NCBI GenBank assembly: GCA_963745835.1
Contig: CAVUZH010000018.1
Location: 1-64,000 of the forward strand
DNA length: 64,000 nucleotides
Source: an uncultured delta proteobacterium
Lineage (GTDB): Bacteria; Desulfobacterota; Binatia; UBA9968
Reading direction: 5' to 3'
Part shown: positions 9,333 through 19,397 of the stretch, piece by piece
Layout: each line of letters begins with the position of its first letter
Numbering within the stretch: position 1 is the stretch's first letter
Notes under the pieces: model-generated
The model's database searches: none
Told to the model about the DNA's origin: nothing
The model's input: only the letters and a program-made list of their open reading frames with translations
Made by a program: the position numbers and the translations under genes

Positions 9333-10592
9333 ATGGAATCTGCCTACGATTATCGCAAGTGTACGCTGCTTTATGTCGATGATGAGGAGATGGCGTTAAA
9401 ATACTTTACCCGCGCCTTCGAGAACAGGTTTCCAATCCTAACCGCGCTTAATGCCGCGGATGGGTATAGGCTTCTGGAAGAAAATCGCGAGCGAATTGGC
9501 CTTGTGATCACTGATCAACGAATGCCTGGGGAAAAAGGCGTTCAGTTCTTAGAACGCGCCCGACAGCTTCATCCAAGGGCGATCCGTATCTTGACAACCG
9601 CTTACTCCGATCTGAATGTAGCTATCGAAGCGGTCAACTCAGGTGCTATTTATAAATATGTCACCAAACCCTGGGACATACCTCAATTTGAGGTGACCCT
9701 CCAACGCGCCGTAGAGTTTTTTTTAGTCCAGCGGGAACGTGATCTTCTTCTCAAAGAGAAACTCTCCGTGCTGCAGCGAATGATGATTACCGATCGGGTG
9801 CTCACTCTGGGAATTTTGGCTGGTCGCTTGGGACACTATTTGCGGAACTCTTTGGTAGCGGTCCAGACCTTTATTGATCTCGCGCCGGAAAAACTCCTAG
9901 AGGAAAAGATTAGTGCGGAACAGATTCGAAATCCGAGTTTCTGGAAAGAATTCTATGAGCAAGCTCAGAACCAGATGCGGCGCATAACAGAGCTACTGAC
10001 CGATCTGATAAGTGCAAGCCAAAGCAGCGGCTCACCACCTCTTGAACAAGTGGACCTGAAACAAACCGTGCTACGAAGTTTGCAACGATTTAATGGCAGC
10101 CCGCTGCAACATGGCATCACTTTTGTGAATCAAATTCCGGAAGGGCTTCCGCTGTTGTCCGTGGAACGAGGACAGCTCGAGCGTCTCTTCGAACTATTGA
10201 TAAAGGACGAGATCATGAGTTTACCCGCGGGCAGCCATGTTTTTCTTAGCGCGACTTCTCGTCGAGAAACTCAAGAGATAGATATCGAGATTAGAGATGA
10301 TGGTCCTGGCCTACCGGACGAAGCCTTTCTTTCTGTCTTTGATCCTTTTTTCTTTCGCAACAACAATTCCCAAGAATTCGGCATCAACTTGATGGCTTGC
10401 TATTTCATCGTCTATCATCACGGCGGAAAGATTGCGGTCCAGAACCAACAAGGTCAGGGTGTCAGGTTCACGCTGACCTTCCCTGTACAACCTAAAAACC
10501 TTTCACCCGCGCAAGAGGAAGAGGCGTTTATCTCCAAGGTACTGGTGAATGAGCGGTTTTGGGAACGTCTGATTTCCGATCAAATTGTTTGA
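9333..10592 (+). CDS. PhcR/PhcQ-like response regulator: receiver plus degenerate kinase-like output
   Basis: YVDDE...TDQRMP...KPW receiver; GHYLRN H-box; DDGPG and FDPFF present but N-box and G2 box degenerate. Confidence 0.8.
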   Translation: MESAYDYRKCTLLYVDDEEMALKYFTRAFENRFPILTALNAADGYRLLEENRERIGLVITDQRMPGEKGVQFLERARQLHPRAIRILTTAYSDLNVAIEAVNSGAIYKYVTKPWDIPQFEVTLQRAVEFFLVQRERDLLLKEKLSVLQRMMITDRVLTLGILAGRLGHYLRNSLVAVQTFIDLAPEKLLEEKISAEQIRNPSFWKEFYEQAQNQMRRITELLTDLISASQSSGSPPLEQVDLKQTVLRSLQRFNGSPLQHGITFVNQIPEGLPLLSVERGQLERLFELLIKDEIMSLPAGSHVFLSATSRRETQEIDIEIRDDGPGLPDEAFLSVFDPFFFRNNNSQEFGINLMACYFIVYHHGGKIAVQNQQGQGVRFTLTFPVQPKNLSPAQEEEAFISKVLVNERFWERLISDQIV

Positions 10593-10808
10593 TGTCCTCG
10601 TTGATAACGTTGTGGTTTGCTACTCTTTGGATCTAGAAGGGAACTCGCCGACTAAACTCGGAAGCCGGCGAAATATGAAACGGCAGGTGCAGATTCGATT
10701 GATTCAACTATGTTGGCGCCCGACACTAAATTGCTGACAACGACCTTGCACGGTAGTGATCTTGGCTGCTAAAAGAATTATCCAGCTGCAAACTAAGGGA
10801 GGTTTTCG

Positions 10809-11771
10809 ATGATAACCGCAAATGAACTCAATGGAGTTCTTGCCATGATGCCTGCTTTCGCAACTCCTAACGCGATTGAAATCAGCGCGACCGAAACAAT
10901 CGCAGTGGACAATTTAAAGGAAGGCGTGGACAGAATAGTTCGAGATGGAATCAACAACATTGCAACCACCGGCACATACGGGGAATGCTACAATCTACTG
11001 TGGGAGGAATTTAGAACCCTGGCCGCAGCAACAGTCGATGCGGTGAGCAAAAGAGTCCCAGTCTTCATCGGCTGTACTAGCCCTAACCCCAGGGAAGTCG
11101 TGCAGAAGATGAATTTTGTAAAGGATCTTGCAGCAGACGGTGTTCTGCTTGGAGTTCCTTACTATGAAACACTGCATGTGCAAGACGCAGTCAAGTTCTA
11201 CCATGAAATCGCGGATATGTTTCCGCGGCTGAGCATCCTTATTTATCACAATCCCGAAAATCACAAGTTCACAATTCCTGTTTCGGCATTCAAAGAACTG
11301 ATCAAGAAACCGAACATCGTCGGCATGAAGGACAGCCATAGAACCACTCAAGCCTTCCTGAATCTGCAAAAAATCGTCAAAGGCAAGATCAGTGTCTTCG
11401 TAAATCAGACGCAGCTGTACCCTTACTTCGAGATGGGCGCTGCCGGCTGTTGGTCAACTGAAGTTTGGATGGGACCGTGGCCAGTACTTTATTTGATGGA
11501 GATGCTAAAGAGAGGCGAAGAGCAAAAAGCAATTGACATCATTGATGACCTGATTGGCGACGGCAGCGGGAGCAAGCCTGTGCCTGGGGCGGGCAACAAA
11601 AGGCCCGCCGAGTACGCCGACTACTGTAAGGTCGGTCCCACACGCGTACCGTTTGTTACGTTTCCTGAAAGCGAACTCGCTAAGGCTAAGAGACGGGCCG
11701 AACATTGGATGAAGCTCAATGCTAAATATCGTCCACTGGCCGAAGCCGCAAAGAATCGATCGGCAGCATAG
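10809..11771 (+). CDS. DHDPS/NAL family aldolase, NahE/PhdJ-like hydratase-aldolase subgroup
   Basis: TTGTYGEC motif, GMKDS Schiff-base Lys, GCWST; GGAGG RBS. Confidence 0.75.
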   Translation: MITANELNGVLAMMPAFATPNAIEISATETIAVDNLKEGVDRIVRDGINNIATTGTYGECYNLLWEEFRTLAAATVDAVSKRVPVFIGCTSPNPREVVQKMNFVKDLAADGVLLGVPYYETLHVQDAVKFYHEIADMFPRLSILIYHNPENHKFTIPVSAFKELIKKPNIVGMKDSHRTTQAFLNLQKIVKGKISVFVNQTQLYPYFEMGAAGCWSTEVWMGPWPVLYLMEMLKRGEEQKAIDIIDDLIGDGSGSKPVPGAGNKRPAEYADYCKVGPTRVPFVTFPESELAKAKRRAEHWMKLNAKYRPLAEAAKNRSAA

Positions 11772-11949
11772 TTCTCTTCGTTCCTACCACTGACCGAAAA
11801 CTATCTTGCCTGAAGCCAGATGCAGCCGTTATCTGTGCTCTCAATAAGTAGGGACACGAAAAGCGGCATGACGCTCTAGCTGTACTTATTGTTGCCAAAG
11901 CGTTGAGACGCCTTTATCATAGGCTCTTTACGGACCGTTAGGAGGCACA

Positions 11950-12384
11950 ATGGGATTACATGGAGACGCATTGTTACGTGAAGCTCGTGATACAGTAAAA
12001 CCACTTCCCCAGCAGGCCGCTGAGTCTGACGATGCCACTCCAACCAATTTTAATCAGCTCGCGGACGCCGTAGAAAAGGCAATTAAGGCTGCTTTGATCG
12101 AGAATCATGGTAGCTTGCCGGCAAAACATGATCATCAAAAGTTGGTCGCTATTTGTCAGAGTACAGGCGTCTGGGATATCCTCCCGCCCGCGCTGCAAAC
12201 ACTGGTACAGGAAGTCGAAATTTATCGGGCAGCGGCATTGAAGAATACACAAAATTCAGCTGACGCTGCTTCGAAACGTGAGGAGTTCAAGAAATATTTC
12301 GCCGTGACGCGCCGACTAATTGACTATATGGAATATCACGTAATCGGTAACGACTCTGTGCTTCGGCGTCTAAGAGTGGCTTAG
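11950..12384 (+). CDS. HEPN-like domain protein
   Basis: AVEKAIKAAL...G..PAKHDH..L resembles the HEPN EKxLKA...P.THDL motif; AGGAGG RBS. Confidence 0.55.
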   Translation: MGLHGDALLREARDTVKPLPQQAAESDDATPTNFNQLADAVEKAIKAALIENHGSLPAKHDHQKLVAICQSTGVWDILPPALQTLVQEVEIYRAAALKNTQNSADAASKREEFKKYFAVTRRLIDYMEYHVIGNDSVLRRLRVA

Positions 12385-12793
12385 CAACCAGTCAGTCATC
12401 AAATTTAATCTATTTAGACGCCTATTCTGCGTCGCTGAAAAAATCAGTTTTTTATTATTGACGATTGCTGATTAGCGCTTGAGGCTGTGTGTATAATCAA
12501 GACGGTTAGTAGCCGGAACGAAATAAGGTCGGCAAGACTTCCGGTGAATTTTAGCACTGCCTACAGCGCCTGGCGGAAACTGGTAGTATTCGAAAGGAGG
12601 AATAACGGACTTTCCCGCCGGCACATAATTTAATCATTATTAGCGACACGCAGAAAACGGTCACTTCTTAGGTTTTCCAGAATAAAATTTCTGTTACATC
12701 GATAGCGGTCATTTGTGCGTGGCTGTCATCCGAAGCTAGATAGTCCGCGATTGCTGGAGAATCGCCAAGGGACGAGGGTTTAATTTACACCCA

Positions 12794-13228
12794 TCATTTT
12801 TTTGCCGATTTTTCTAGAACATCCGATGATTTCACCCATCCGATACTCCCTTTTGGGGTCTTCACCATATACCAACCGTTAGCACCACTGGTGGCTTGAA
12901 TTATTGGAACCAGAATCGCGCCTTGTGAAAGTTCCTCAATCCTCTGACTCTCCTCATCTTGGATGGGATATAGTGGCGCGCTGTTTACTGCGACCATCAG
13001 TCGGTTTTGAAGTGGTTGCACACCCAGGTCGCCGACACCCTGGACTCCCCCTTTGCCCTTTCCGTTCGGATTGCTCACCCGAGGCGTTCTTGAAACCGAG
13101 CTGCCGTGCCGCTGCGTAGCTCCCTCAAGGGTCCTGCCGTATTCGCCAAAGGCCTGCGCAGATGCAGAAGGTAGGGAAGCTTGAAAATAGAGCACAAGAA
13201 AACCGATTGCCGAAAGTGTATGTTTCAT
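12794..13228 (-). CDS. Secreted protein with C-terminal SH3-like domain
   Basis: Signal peptide; GWYMVKTPKGSIGWV. Confidence 0.7.
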   Translation of the reverse strand: MKHTLSAIGFLVLYFQASLPSASAQAFGEYGRTLEGATQRHGSSVSRTPRVSNPNGKGKGGVQGVGDLGVQPLQNRLMVAVNSAPLYPIQDEESQRIEELSQGAILVPIIQATSGANGWYMVKTPKGSIGWVKSSDVLEKSAKK

Positions 13229-13565
13229 TCCGATGACCTCATTTTTGTGTCGAAACTTTGACGAGCCATGTTAGCACAATCATTTTTTGGAAGTATCTTT
13301 TTTACTAAAATAAAGTCAGGTGCGACTCCCGCAATTTCTTTAAAGTCCGATACTACACTCAAATGCGGCGTCAATATCCGTCGGTTTGAGACGCCATCCT
13401 CTTGTGAAACCATAGTACCCCACCGGCCAATGCAGCCTGAGCCAAATGGAATAACAACATCAAAAACAAATAAGTAAGTTTTTATGGTAATCTGCATGAG
13501 CATTCGCGGTTGTGCGCATCGGCGGACAACAGCACAAGTTTTGTACAAACTTTATCCTGCTAAAA

Positions 13566-14564
13566 ATGCTTTTAATGGCAGATAATTCCAGTTGTCACGA
13601 GAAGTCTCTGATTTTGATACCAGTTTATGAAGATTGGAAGGCGCTTCACCGTCTCTTGCCACTCTTAGATCAGGAGCTGAGTACCAACAGACTCCGAGCA
13701 GATATTTTGGTAGTTGACGACGGCTCATCAGAAGTAAGCTTTCTGCCTGAAAAGGCAAAATGTTTTCGTTCTATCGAAGCAATCGATATTCTTTCGTTGC
13801 GACGCAACGTCGGTCATCAGAGGGCCATTGCAGTTGGTTTGTCATACCTGGAGGCGAACCAAGCCTGTTATCGGGTGGTAGTCATGGATTGCGACGGCGA
13901 GGATAATCCAGGCGACGTACCCCGTCTCATCAGAGAATGTAGTGCTCATCAAGATCAAAAGATAATCTTCGCGGCACGAACACGTCGTTCGGAAAGTTTA
14001 TCTTTCAAAGCCTTCTATCACATCTATCGTTTGATTCATTTTCTATTGACTGGCGTTCGTGTCCAGGTTGGAAACTTCAGTGTAATACCCGCGGTCGTCC
14101 TCAGACGAGTAGTGGTTGTTTCCGAGTTGTGGAACCACTACGCCGCAGCGGTCTATAAGGCGAAGCTACCGATAGCTCTGATTCCGGTCCAACGTAATTG
14201 CCGGCTCGAGGGTTCGTCGCGCATGAACTTAGTTGCGCTCGTGGTCCACGGATTGAGCGCAATGGCAGTTTTTGGCGACCGCATTGGAGTAAGGCTCTTG
14301 ATGCTTGTATCTTTGGGAATGAGCTTAGTCGGCCTAGCATTAGTCGGCGTTATCGGCATCCGGTTTTTAACGCCACTCGCCATACCCGGGTGGGCCACCT
14401 ACGTCACTGGAATCTTGCTGGTGATCCTGATTCAGATGCTCATAATTGTGCTTGTCTTTGCGTTTGTCATTCTCGCAGGGCGTGACACCGTTAGCTTCAT
14501 ACCCAGTCGCGATTATATTCATATGGCGGACGGAGTACGGCGGGTATATGGTTCCGGCCAGTAA
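13566..14564 (+). CDS. GT2 polyprenyl-phosphate glycosyltransferase (GtrB/DPM-like)
   Basis: LIPVYED, VVDDGS, RNVGHQRAI, VMDCDGED; two C-terminal TM helices. Confidence 0.88.
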   Translation: MLLMADNSSCHEKSLILIPVYEDWKALHRLLPLLDQELSTNRLRADILVVDDGSSEVSFLPEKAKCFRSIEAIDILSLRRNVGHQRAIAVGLSYLEANQACYRVVVMDCDGEDNPGDVPRLIRECSAHQDQKIIFAARTRRSESLSFKAFYHIYRLIHFLLTGVRVQVGNFSVIPAVVLRRVVVVSELWNHYAAAVYKAKLPIALIPVQRNCRLEGSSRMNLVALVVHGLSAMAVFGDRIGVRLLMLVSLGMSLVGLALVGVIGIRFLTPLAIPGWATYVTGILLVILIQMLIIVLVFAFVILAGRDTVSFIPSRDYIHMADGVRRVYGSGQ

Positions 14565-15273
14565 AAGCGCTTACATCGGCGGCGAGCTCGATCTTTTTTC
14601 TCTGGCCACAAACTGGAAACGCTATGTAAACGCTGCGATCAGAAAGTACTTAATCGGAGACGTACTTGAGGTCGGCGCGGGGATCGGCAGCACTACGGCG
14701 GCTATGCACGACAGCACCGCACATCGGTGGATTTGCCTTGAACCGGACTTATGCAATGCTAAACGGCTTAAAAAAAACACCATTGAACAATTGGGATTCA
14801 AAAAGACTCATGTTATCGCGGGGTCATTGGATGCGCTTGCTAAGCGTCCAATTTTTGACTGCATCTTGTATATGGATGTCCTGGAACACATTCATCACGA
14901 TCGTGATCAGATCCTCGCCGCCGCGCAACTCGTTCGGCGGGGTGGCCACATTGTAGTTCTTTCTCCCGCTCATCAGTGGCTGTTCAGCGAGTTTGACAAG
15001 AGCATTGGGCATTTGCGCCGTTATAACAAAAAACTTCTCCGCTCGCTCATGCCTTCAGGATGGATACAGGTCAAAATGGCATATTTTGATTCTGTTGGAG
15101 CTCTACTCTCGTTGGGAAACGCGGTAGGGCTTCAGCAAGCCATGCCGTCGCCTTGGCAGATTGCGATCTGGGATCGCTTCTGCATACCGATATCCCGAAT
15201 CATGGATTCCGTCTTGAGAGAGAAATGCGGCAGATCCGTACTGGCGGTATGGCGTAAACCGGATACTGTATAA
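14548..15273 (+). CDS. Class I SAM-dependent methyltransferase
   Basis: LEVGAGIG, DVLEHI, GHLRRY motifs; overlaps GT2 stop. Confidence 0.85.
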   Translation: MVPASKSAYIGGELDLFSLATNWKRYVNAAIRKYLIGDVLEVGAGIGSTTAAMHDSTAHRWICLEPDLCNAKRLKKNTIEQLGFKKTHVIAGSLDALAKRPIFDCILYMDVLEHIHHDRDQILAAAQLVRRGGHIVVLSPAHQWLFSEFDKSIGHLRRYNKKLLRSLMPSGWIQVKMAYFDSVGALLSLGNAVGLQQAMPSPWQIAIWDRFCIPISRIMDSVLREKCGRSVLAVWRKPDTV

Positions 15274-15339
15274 CTTAGACCTTCTACGATAATAATCTCA
15301 GACATGCAGCCAACTGGTTGAGCGGCAAGGAGACCGTTA

Positions 15340-16935
15340 GTGCGCTGGATAATTCCCACCGGTCTTTTTCTGGGGGTTGTGCTTTTAACTGGCGCAACCC
15401 TAAGGGATTACGGAATAGCTTGGGACGAACCGCCCTATTTTCATGCCGCCGATCTACACATCGCGTGGATTCTTGGTTGGCGAACGAACATCGAACAACG
15501 GAATTTTAATCAAAGCCTCAGCGATGAAAACATCAAAGCTGCTTGGCGCTGGAATCCATACCATGTGCCCCACCCGCCCTTTTCACGCATAGTTTCCGGT
15601 TTCACAAAATACGTATCTTCCGGATGGCTTGATAAACTTTCGGGTTACCGTATCGCTCCGGCGCTATTCTTCGGGGCTTTGGTTACCGTGATGTTTCTGT
15701 GGATGAGAGCAGTGTTTGCCGTTGCAACAGGTCTATTTTCTGCATTTGCCTTAGTCTTGATACCCAATATCTTCGGTTTTGCACACATTGCCGTTACCGA
15801 CTTGCCACTCGCATCCATGTGGTTTTTAACTGCGTTCTGTTTTTGGAAAGGGCTTCAAGATTGGAAGTGGAGCGTGGCTTGCGGCCTGGCATGGGGCCTG
15901 TCGCTTGCGACGAAATTTCCGGCCGTGCTAATTCCTATACCTTTATTTTTGTGGGCTCATGTGTTTCACAGGAATAAGTACGCCAATAATGTTCTTGCAA
16001 TGCTCTTTCTCGGACCGATGATTATGGTAGCTACTCAACCATATTTATGGCATCAAACCGGTCTTCGGGTATTGGAGTTTCTGTACGAAGGATTGAGCCG
16101 CGGGTATCGAGCCGATGCAAACTTCCCGGTCTACTTCTTTGATCAATTGTACTTCACGCATCAACTTCCGTGGTACTATCCTTTTTTTTTGGTAGGCATA
16201 ACGACACCGGAACCTCTTGTGTTTCTAGCCGCACTCAGTCTCGTTTCGATGATCTGGATTCGAAAAGGGACGTCAACCGTGGCGCTCTTTGCCTTGAATG
16301 CGTTCTTTATTCTAACGCTCGGTCTCTTACCGGGCGCGGTACTTCACGATGGCGTACGCCAAATGCTTCCGGCTCTCCCGTTCCTGGCCGCAACTGCTGG
16401 AGCCGGATTTTATATCCTTGGAGAATGGCTATTCTCGCTGGCGCATAGATCGACCCAACTGCAAGCTGTTGCACATCTGCGTGGGAAGCTTGTCGGAGTT
16501 CTCGGCTTTCTCATCCTGTTCTCACCCGTGCTCGACCTTTACCTATGTCATCCTTTCCAATTAAGCTTCTACAATCGTTTTGTCGGCGGCATCCGCGGTG
16601 CCTATCAACGCGGTTTGGAGCTCACATATTCCATGGAAGCGTTTACTCCGAAATTTGTTGACGCGATCAATACTAAGCTGCCTCACAATTCTGTCATTAA
16701 CGCTTCCTTTGCCAACTTCATGTTCAAGTATTATCAGAAGGAAGGACGCCTGCGCGCGGATATCACGATTTCTGATGCTGAAGCATCCGATTATTATATT
16801 ATTCTCAATAGGCGGAGCGCTCTGGGGTCCCGTGAGCGTCTGCTAATGAACGGCAGCACACCTAGTTATTTGGCTGAACAGCTTGCCGGTGTTCCGTTGG
16901 TGGCAGTATTCGAGCTTAACACGCCGCGGCAGTAA
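15340..16935 (+). CDS. GT-C fold glycosyltransferase (ArnT/PMT_2-like)
   Basis: YGIAWDEP, PHPPFSR, ATKF, P-W-Y-Y motifs; many TM helices. Confidence 0.8.
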   Translation: MRWIIPTGLFLGVVLLTGATLRDYGIAWDEPPYFHAADLHIAWILGWRTNIEQRNFNQSLSDENIKAAWRWNPYHVPHPPFSRIVSGFTKYVSSGWLDKLSGYRIAPALFFGALVTVMFLWMRAVFAVATGLFSAFALVLIPNIFGFAHIAVTDLPLASMWFLTAFCFWKGLQDWKWSVACGLAWGLSLATKFPAVLIPIPLFLWAHVFHRNKYANNVLAMLFLGPMIMVATQPYLWHQTGLRVLEFLYEGLSRGYRADANFPVYFFDQLYFTHQLPWYYPFFLVGITTPEPLVFLAALSLVSMIWIRKGTSTVALFALNAFFILTLGLLPGAVLHDGVRQMLPALPFLAATAGAGFYILGEWLFSLAHRSTQLQAVAHLRGKLVGVLGFLILFSPVLDLYLCHPFQLSFYNRFVGGIRGAYQRGLELTYSMEAFTPKFVDAINTKLPHNSVINASFANFMFKYYQKEGRLRADITISDAEASDYYIILNRRSALGSRERLLMNGSTPSYLAEQLAGVPLVAVFELNTPRQ

Positions 16936-19300
16936 GGTTTTGCCGGTGCTTTCGCAAATAAAGAAGGATAGAAATTGCGACAATAAACAAAAGCGTAATG
17001 ATGGAGACGGCACGACCTATCGCGAACGAACGAGGCTCATAACGGAATTGTACGGTGTGCGTGCCGGCGGTCAGTTGCACTCCGCGGAAGAAAAGATTTG
17101 CCCGATAAATCTTTTGCTCGGGCCCATTCACATAAGCATTCCACCCCGGATAATACGAGTCAGCGAGGACCAAGATCCCCGAATCATTCAGAGACACCTG
17201 AACGGTTACCGCTTGGTTCTCATAACGATCGATCCTTGCTGTAGCCAGGAGAGGATGCCCAGGTCTGTTTGCCAAGTCCTTGTCGAGGATCACCTCCTGA
17301 TTCGGATCGAACTCCAGAGACGCAAGGCGCCGCAAAATCTGCGTTGAATTGGTTTCGACTACGCTTTTGTTGACAACATAGACACGCGGAACAGTTCTGT
17401 CAATTTCGTAAAGCCAAGAAGGATATTCAGGGAAGTACCGAACCAAGGTGATGCCATCCTTCCGTAGCTCTCGGAAACTGACGAGGTATTTGATATTCAA
17501 AGCTCCGAGGAGGCGAAATCTTTGCTCTGAGTCGAGCCGGTCTGCAAAGCTGAGGAATGAGAGATAAGGTCGCCTAGAAAATGCATCGATTTCCTGAAAA
17601 TATTCGACCCCCTGAAATACTCCGGTGTTTGGCAAAAGATTACCGAACACCAAGGAAATCGCTTCTCCGAAGGAGGGCCGTGCCAGCACCGAGTATTGAG
17701 CAGGATGTAAAGTTTTCCCTGCCGGATAATAGAAAACTCGGCCAATCTCAGGCTTTAGCTCGGAAATAATTTTTGGACGATCATAAACAAAGCTTGGATC
17801 CAGAAGAAACTGGTAGTCGCGGTGAGCTCTCTCAAGATCAATGAAAGCCACGGTAACGAGAAGCACTTGAGACAATGAGATCCGCACAAGTCCTTTCTTC
17901 GCAGCAAAAAACAAGGTGAGAAGCCCGAAGCTCAAAAAAAGCTGTCTTTCTATAGATACGAGCACGGCAGCAGCTACTTTGACTGTGGGCGAAGACAGGA
18001 TCTGTGAATTGGTTCTGAAGGCTACGAATTGCGACACGAATTCCGTATTGAACCTTAGAAAAAAATTAAAGACCAGCAGAGTAAAGAGGATTGAGAACAA
18101 GACCGCGAAAACACTTTTTCGCCGAGAAACTTCGGTTTGAAAGAAGACAAAGAAGCCTCTCAAGGTAACGAACCAAAGAAAGCCATAAGTCAGAAAGAAA
18201 AATTTCTCGGGAAATCGGATGAGACCGAGAACCGGAAAGGAGTGAAGGAGGAACGGATAGACAGGGGTGTACCCGCCAAAGGCAAAGACAAGGGTCAATG
18301 CGATCAGCACTAATGTGACGGCTCTCTCCCTAGTGGAGCTGTAGACCAGCCAGAACCACCCGCCAAATAGCGTAACTGCTCCCAAGTAATGGCTCACAAA
18401 CAATGAAGCGCGGCTCAAGAAGAAAAGGCGCATCCCGGGAAGGATGGTGGTGTCAACTTCCTTATCCAAAAAGAAGAGGTTGAAAAGATCGTAGGGATTC
18501 AGCGACCAATCGATGGCCTCGGAGAATGGGATGGGTTGCGATCTTCTGGAGTGTAAAAACAATTCGATTGTTGGCGCGAGCTGAATCATCGCTATAGCGA
18601 AAACCAATGCGTTCCCCCCAAGTATTACCAGCGCTATTCTTCTGTATGGCCTGCTTTCGGGGCTGGTCGCTTTTAGCCTCATAAGCGCTAAAATCACAAA
18701 GATCATGTTCATGGCGTAAAACTCAGGAGAGCCAGCGAGAAACAGCAGTAGCGACACCGCAACGAAACCAAGGAAATTCCGCCAAGAGCATGAGCGAAAG
18801 CACCTTTCCGCCAGGAGCACTACCGATGGAAGCCAAACCGCCGCTTGAAAATGATTCAGGAGATTCGTAAGAGAAACTATCACGCCGCCGAACGTAAAAA
18901 GAATTGCCCCAAGCATGGAGAGATAAGTCGGGTAGTCCCAATGCCGACACAGAAGGTAACTTCCGGTTGCCGCTACAAGATAATGGAACAGAAAGATGCT
19001 CGAAACGGCGGAAAAAAAGGGGACGACGAGAAAGGCGAGATGTGGTGGATAGAATGCACCCGACTGAAAATCGGCCAGGAGCGGGAAGCCGGCCGCCACT
19101 CGGCGATCCCACAAAGGCAGGTCTCCGACTCTAAGACTTTCCGATAAAGAGAACCGCATTGGATAAAAGTAAGGACCAAGATCACGGAAGAAAGGAACTT
19201 TGCCGTCCCATATCATCTCGCCGCCAAACCACACCACCAAACCCATCAAAACAAGCAAGGGCAACAGTTCACGGATCGAACTATATCTGTTTGGGAGCAT
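16916..19300 (-). CDS. YfhO-family membrane protein (GT-C)
   Basis: LPLWD...GFPLLAD...FYP N-terminus; LVLADSYYPGWNAYV...ANLFFRGV...FRYEP C-terminus; ATG 19300 preferred because the listed start overlaps the pilA terminator. Confidence 0.82.
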   Translation of the reverse strand: MLPNRYSSIRELLPLLVLMGLVVWFGGEMIWDGKVPFFRDLGPYFYPMRFSLSESLRVGDLPLWDRRVAAGFPLLADFQSGAFYPPHLAFLVVPFFSAVSSIFLFHYLVAATGSYLLCRHWDYPTYLSMLGAILFTFGGVIVSLTNLLNHFQAAVWLPSVVLLAERCFRSCSWRNFLGFVAVSLLLFLAGSPEFYAMNMIFVILALMRLKATSPESRPYRRIALVILGGNALVFAIAMIQLAPTIELFLHSRRSQPIPFSEAIDWSLNPYDLFNLFFLDKEVDTTILPGMRLFFLSRASLFVSHYLGAVTLFGGWFWLVYSSTRERAVTLVLIALTLVFAFGGYTPVYPFLLHSFPVLGLIRFPEKFFFLTYGFLWFVTLRGFFVFFQTEVSRRKSVFAVLFSILFTLLVFNFFLRFNTEFVSQFVAFRTNSQILSSPTVKVAAAVLVSIERQLFLSFGLLTLFFAAKKGLVRISLSQVLLVTVAFIDLERAHRDYQFLLDPSFVYDRPKIISELKPEIGRVFYYPAGKTLHPAQYSVLARPSFGEAISLVFGNLLPNTGVFQGVEYFQEIDAFSRRPYLSFLSFADRLDSEQRFRLLGALNIKYLVSFRELRKDGITLVRYFPEYPSWLYEIDRTVPRVYVVNKSVVETNSTQILRRLASLEFDPNQEVILDKDLANRPGHPLLATARIDRYENQAVTVQVSLNDSGILVLADSYYPGWNAYVNGPEQKIYRANLFFRGVQLTAGTHTVQFRYEPRSFAIGRAVSIITLLFIVAISILLYLRKHRQNLTAAAC

Positions 19301-19329
19301 TTTTGAGCGGTTAAGTGCTAGTAGCACGA

Positions 19330-19367
19330 ATAAAAAAGGGGAAGGGCTCGTAGCTCCCCTCCCCCTC
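19330..19367 (-). terminator. Intrinsic terminator of pilA
   Basis: Minus strand gggggagggg-agctacgag-cccttcccc followed by TTTTTT. Confidence 0.7.
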
Positions 19368-19397
19368 AAATCTGTGACCCAAGGTGAGAATTAGATA

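Noticed and set aside
12551-12577. CIRCE element (TTAGCACT...)
   Set aside because: The right half does not match GAGTGCTAA and no chaperone gene is adjacent
19301-19369. Listed N-terminal extension of the YfhO-like ORF
   Set aside because: It overlaps the pilA terminator hairpin; ATG at 19300 is more plausible
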